DNA of 64,000 bases. Origin: an uncultured Acidobacteriota bacterium (GTDB lineage Bacteria > Acidobacteriota > UBA6911 > RPQK01 > JAPXNP01). Shown piece by piece: positions 59,946 to 64,000 of the stretch. The translations under genes were made by a program, and so were the position numbers. The stretch is from assembly GCA_963777605.1 (NCBI GenBank), contig CAVZRV010000031.1:384001-448000 (forward strand), given 5' to 3'. The notes beneath the pieces were generated by a model. The model was not told where the DNA came from, made no database searches, and saw only the letters and a program-made list of their open reading frames with translations. Position 1 is the first letter of the stretch; each line of letters starts with the position of its first letter.

Positions 59946-62900
59946 ATGAACGTGGTGCATTACTTTCGCAGTCCGGGATTTTCCTCCGAACAACGCCGAT
60001 CCCTGCTGAACCAGATCCGGCTCCAGATCTCAACGGCCATCGAAACTCTCGCGACCGAGTTCTGCTTCAACGTGCAGCTTTCGGCTCCCCTTGATTCCCG
60101 CGAAGAGGCTTTGCTGACCTGGCTTCTGTCCGAGACCTTCGAACCGGCCAGGTTTTCAAGGGAAAGCTTCCTCGGATCCTCTCCGGGCGTCGTGGAGGTT
60201 GGCCCTCGGCTGAGTTTCAACACCGCCTGGTGCACCAACGCGGTCTCCATCTTTCACGCCTGCGGGCTCGACAAGGTCCGTAAGATCGAGCGCTCTCGCC
60301 GCTACCGCCTCTCCGGTTCAGCGTCCCGCGATGAATCGATTCTCCAGGCGTTTGCCGCACTGGTTCACGACCGGATGACGGAGTGCGTTTACGCGGAACC
60401 GCTGGGAACTTTTGAAAGCGGCATGGAACCGGAACGGCCGATGGAAGTGCCGGTCATGGCGGAAGGAAGATCCGCCCTGGAAGAATTGAACCGGTCCGCC
60501 GGGCTGGCTTTTGACGACTGGGACCTGGACTACTACACGCAACTCTTCCGTGATGTCCTCAGGAGAAACCCGACGGATGTCGAGTGCTTCGACATCGCGC
60601 AGTCCAACAGCGAACACTCGCGCCACTGGTTTTTCAAGGGAAGGCTGATCATCGATGGGACCGAGGTGCCCGGGCACCTCCTCGGCCTGGTCAAGAAACC
60701 GCTGGACATCAATCCGAGCAACAGCACGATCGCGTTCCGGGACAACTCCAGTGCCATCAGGGGATATCGAGCTGCCACGATCCTTCCCGAAACGCCGGGC
60801 CATCCCTGCCGGTTCCTCGAGAGGGACGTCGATTACGACATCACTTTTTCGGCAGAGACCCACAATTTCCCCTCGGGTGTGGCCCCTTTCCCGGGAGCCG
60901 AGACGGGGACCGGCGGGCGAATTCGCGATGTCCACGCTACCGGCCGGGGTTCTCTCGTGGTTGCCGGCACGGCCGCCTACTGCGTCGGGAACCTCTACAT
61001 TCCAGGCTATTCTCTGCCCTGGGAGGATCCCACCTTCCGCTACCCCTCAAACCTGGCATCCCCGCTTCGGATCGAAATTGAGGCCAGCAACGGCGCCTCC
61101 GACTACGGCAACAAGTTCGGAGAACCGGTGATCAACGGTTACACCCGATCGTTCGCCTTGCGCCTGCCCAGTGGTGAGCGTCGCGAGTGGATCAAGCCGA
61201 TCATGTTCTCCGGCGGGATCGGCCAGATGAGCGCCCATCACCGCACCAAGGAGGATCCCGGGGTCGGGATGTGGGTCGTGAAGATCGGCGGACCGGCCTA
61301 CCGCATCGGGATGGGTGGGGGAGCCGCCTCCAGCATGGTCCAGGGTGAGAACGTCGCCGAACTCGATTTCAATGCGGTTCAGCGAGGGGACGCGGAAATG
61401 GAGCAAAAGGTCAACCGCGTCATCCGGGCCTGCGTCGAACTGGGAGACCGCAACCCGATCGTCAGCATCCACGACCAGGGCGCCGGCGGCAACTGCAACG
61501 TTCTCAAGGAGATCGTCAACCCGGCCGGGGCCAGGGTTGAAATCCGCTCGATCCCCGTCGGGGACGAGACCCTTTCGGTTCTCGAAATCTGGGTGGCCGA
61601 ATACCAGGAGCAGGACGCACTTTTGCTCCGGGACGAACATGCCGCCCTCTTTCGCCGCCTGTGTGAACGGGAGAAGGTGCCGGTCGCTTTCGTTGGGAGA
61701 ATCACGGGAGACGGGCGAATCGTAGTCCACGACGAACGGGACGGATCCACGCCGGTCAACCTGGAACTGGACCGGGTCCTTGGAGACATGCCGAGAAAGG
61801 TTTTTCGGGACCAGCGCGTTGAGCCTCACCGCTCGGCCCTCGATCTTCCTGAAGACCTGTCCGTCGGCGAAGCCCTGGAACGAGTCCTTCGCCTCCTGTC
61901 GGTCGGCTCCAAACGATTTCTGACCAATAAGGTCGACCGCAGTGTCACCGGACTGGTTGCCCGCCAGCAGTGCGTGGGTCCACTTCAGTTGACCACCTCG
62001 AACTGTGCGGTTATTGCCCAAAGCCATTTCGGGACGACCGGAGCCGCCACGTCGATCGGGGAGAAGCCTGTCCTGAGTCTCCTCGATCCTTCCGCCATGG
62101 CCCGAATGTGCCTGGGTGAGATGCTCACCAACTTGGTCTGGGCCCGGATCAGTTCACTGGAGCATGTCAAGTGTTCCGGCAACTGGATGTGGGCAGCAAA
62201 ACTGGCGGGTGAAGGGTCTGCCCTCTACGACGCAGCGCTGGCTCTCAGCGATGCCCTGATCGACCTCGGGATTGCCATCGACGGCGGCAAAGACAGCCTT
62301 TCGATGGCGGCACTGGCTCCCGCTCCAGGCGGCGAAGGAGATGAAACCGTGAAAGCGCCGGGAGCGCTGGTCCTTTCGGGGTACGCAACCTGCCCGGACG
62401 TCAACCAGGTCGTCACCCCGGACCTCAAGAAACCGGGAGAGAGTTGCCTCGTGCTGGTCGATCTCGGTAACGGTCGGAACCGGCTTGGTGGATCGTCACT
62501 GGCCCATGTCTTCGGCCAGGTCGGCGACATCCCTCCCGACCTCGATGACACCTCCCAGCTCAAGCGTGCATTCAGCGAGATCCAGTCGCTAATCTCAGAA
62601 GGCAGGCTTCTGGCCGGCCACGATCGCAGCGACGGGGGACTGATCACGACCTTGCTGGAAATGGCCTTCTCGGGCAATTGCGGGATCGACATCGCCCTCG
62701 AGGGGGCGGATTCGGTCGGGGACCTGGACGTGCTGTTCAGCGAAGAACTTGGGCTTGTCCTCGAAGTCGCCACCGAAAACCTCGAGTCCCTGCTCGCAAG
62801 ATTCCGGCAGGCCGGACTCCCGTGCGAACTCATCGGTCAGACCCATGAAGATCCTGGAATTCGGGTGACCCGTAACGGAAAGGTGCTTTTGGACGACGAC

Positions 62901-63881
62901 ATGACCAGGCTCCGCGATATCTGGGAGGAGACCAGCTATCAACTCGAACTCCTGCAGGCCAACCCGGAATGCGTCCAGCAGGAGAGGGAAAGCCTCAGGG
63001 AACGCACCCCGCCTCCACTTCAGGTCACCTTCGAACCCCGGTCCTGCACGCCGGTTACGGGGTCCCGGAGGTCGGAATTCAAGGTGGCGGTTCTTCGCGA
63101 GGAAGGCAGTAACGGCGACCGGGAAATGACCTCAGCCTTTCACCTGGCCGGCTTCGAAACCTGGGATGTCACGATGACCGACCTGGTCGAGGAACGGATC
63201 AGCCTGGACGAATTCCGGGGCATCACTTTCGTCGGCGGGTTCAGCTACGCGGATGTCCTCGACTCGGCCAAAGGTTGGGCGGCCCTGATCCGTTTCAAGC
63301 AACAGCTCCAGGAACAGTTTGCATCCTTTTACCGGCGACCGGACACCTTCAGCCTGGGCGTCTGCAATGGCTGTCAGTTGGCGGCTCTGCTCGGATGGGT
63401 CCCCATGCCCGGCATCCCCGAAGTCAGGCGGCCGCGCTTTATACAGAATAGCAGCGGCCGGTTTGAGTCACGATTCAGCACCGTCCGGATCGAATCCAGC
63501 CCATCGATCATGCTCTCAAAGATGGTCGGTTCGGTGCTCCCGATCTGGGTCGCGCACGGCGAGGGCCGCGCCTACTTTCCAGACCCGGAGATCCGGGACG
63601 AAGTGCTGAGACTCGGCCTGGCACCGGTTCGTTTCGTTGACGACTCGGGGGAAGCGACCGAACGCTACCCGTTCAACCCCAATGGCTCGGCTCACGGGAT
63701 TGCCGGGCTCTGTTCGACGGACGGGCGCCACCTTGCCCTGATGCCGCACCCGGAGCGGACCATCCTCAAGTGGCAGTGGGGCTGGATGCCCGAGGACTGG
63801 AAGCAGTCCCTCGAGGCATCCCCCTGGCTTCAGATGTTCCAGAGCGCCCTCGAATGGTGCCGGGCTACTCGGGCTTCTTGA
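59946..63881 (+). CDS. purL: Phosphoribosylformylglycinamidine synthase, large single-chain form
   Basis: QSNSEHSRHWFF, AETHNFP, GAETGTGGRIRD, HDQGAGG, GGKDSLSM, HDRSDGG, fused glutaminase GVCNGCQ..HGEG..MPHPER. Confidence 0.97.
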   Translation: MNVVHYFRSPGFSSEQRRSLLNQIRLQISTAIETLATEFCFNVQLSAPLDSREEALLTWLLSETFEPARFSRESFLGSSPGVVEVGPRLSFNTAWCTNAVSIFHACGLDKVRKIERSRRYRLSGSASRDESILQAFAALVHDRMTECVYAEPLGTFESGMEPERPMEVPVMAEGRSALEELNRSAGLAFDDWDLDYYTQLFRDVLRRNPTDVECFDIAQSNSEHSRHWFFKGRLIIDGTEVPGHLLGLVKKPLDINPSNSTIAFRDNSSAIRGYRAATILPETPGHPCRFLERDVDYDITFSAETHNFPSGVAPFPGAETGTGGRIRDVHATGRGSLVVAGTAAYCVGNLYIPGYSLPWEDPTFRYPSNLASPLRIEIEASNGASDYGNKFGEPVINGYTRSFALRLPSGERREWIKPIMFSGGIGQMSAHHRTKEDPGVGMWVVKIGGPAYRIGMGGGAASSMVQGENVAELDFNAVQRGDAEMEQKVNRVIRACVELGDRNPIVSIHDQGAGGNCNVLKEIVNPAGARVEIRSIPVGDETLSVLEIWVAEYQEQDALLLRDEHAALFRRLCEREKVPVAFVGRITGDGRIVVHDERDGSTPVNLELDRVLGDMPRKVFRDQRVEPHRSALDLPEDLSVGEALERVLRLLSVGSKRFLTNKVDRSVTGLVARQQCVGPLQLTTSNCAVIAQSHFGTTGAATSIGEKPVLSLLDPSAMARMCLGEMLTNLVWARISSLEHVKCSGNWMWAAKLAGEGSALYDAALALSDALIDLGIAIDGGKDSLSMAALAPAPGGEGDETVKAPGALVLSGYATCPDVNQVVTPDLKKPGESCLVLVDLGNGRNRLGGSSLAHVFGQVGDIPPDLDDTSQLKRAFSEIQSLISEGRLLAGHDRSDGGLITTLLEMAFSGNCGIDIALEGADSVGDLDVLFSEELGLVLEVATENLESLLARFRQAGLPCELIGQTHEDPGIRVTRNGKVLLDDDMTRLRDIWEETSYQLELLQANPECVQQERESLRERTPPPLQVTFEPRSCTPVTGSRRSEFKVAVLREEGSNGDREMTSAFHLAGFETWDVTMTDLVEERISLDEFRGITFVGGFSYADVLDSAKGWAALIRFKQQLQEQFASFYRRPDTFSLGVCNGCQLAALLGWVPMPGIPEVRRPRFIQNSSGRFESRFSTVRIESSPSIMLSKMVGSVLPIWVAHGEGRAYFPDPEIRDEVLRLGLAPVRFVDDSGEATERYPFNPNGSAHGIAGLCSTDGRHLALMPHPERTILKWQWGWMPEDWKQSLEASPWLQMFQSALEWCRATRAS

Positions 63882-64000
63882 ACTCGGAGTGGCCCTCCTT
63901 TTTCAGGTCATTCAACTTCACCAGAAGTTCCCCGGCCTCGTCGGTCATGCCGGAGTCAATGGCCTTAGCCAGTTCGTCAACAGTCCCAAGAACCTGATCG
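63865..64000 (-). CDS. 3' end of a possible cytochrome b562-like four-helix protein (not in the ORF track; 5' end outside window)
   Basis: Manual translation from 63999: DQVLGTVDELAKAIDSGMTDEAGELLVKLNDLKKEGHSEFKKPE*; amphipathic helices ending in a KxGH..F His-ligand-like motif. Confidence 0.45.
   Translation of the reverse strand, partial: DQVLGTVDELAKAIDSGMTDEAGELLVKLNDLKKEGHSEFKKPE

Overview
GC-rich bacterial chromosomal window, most consistent with an Acidobacteriota genome. This is inferred from a TrbI/VirB10-like secreted protein, a coiled-coil OmpA and a CHRD protein with an 'FxQFGxGGG..TAVALTNP' C-domain. It is mostly housekeeping and heterotrophic-catabolism genes: a divergent membrane H+-pyrophosphatase, M20 and S9 peptidases, a GH29 fucosidase / HGSNAT-like / CBM9-like / sulfatase cluster, a sugar isomerase-ThuA-Gfo/Idh/MocA operon, aguA/aguB, sseA-sufE, hemE, comM/yifB, osmC, an OPT transporter, an aminotransferase-pckA pair and a large single-chain purL. 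No rRNA, tRNA or CRISPR array was seen. The most interesting signal is the non-coding repeat landscape: (i) three copies of an unannotated ~300-350 bp hairpin-rich intergenic element with conserved ends that abut stop-like triplets and, in one copy, a diverged core; (ii) a REP-associated tyrosine transposase (RAYT) next to comM with its own palindrome family and a duplicated leader/5' stub; (iii) GTAG-type REPs, with a truncated IS1380 lying between two of them; (iv) inverted GGGAC/GTCCC ~9-mer arrays. At least five genes carry single-base frameshifts, probably assembly indel errors. All family calls come from motif recognition by eye, with no database search.
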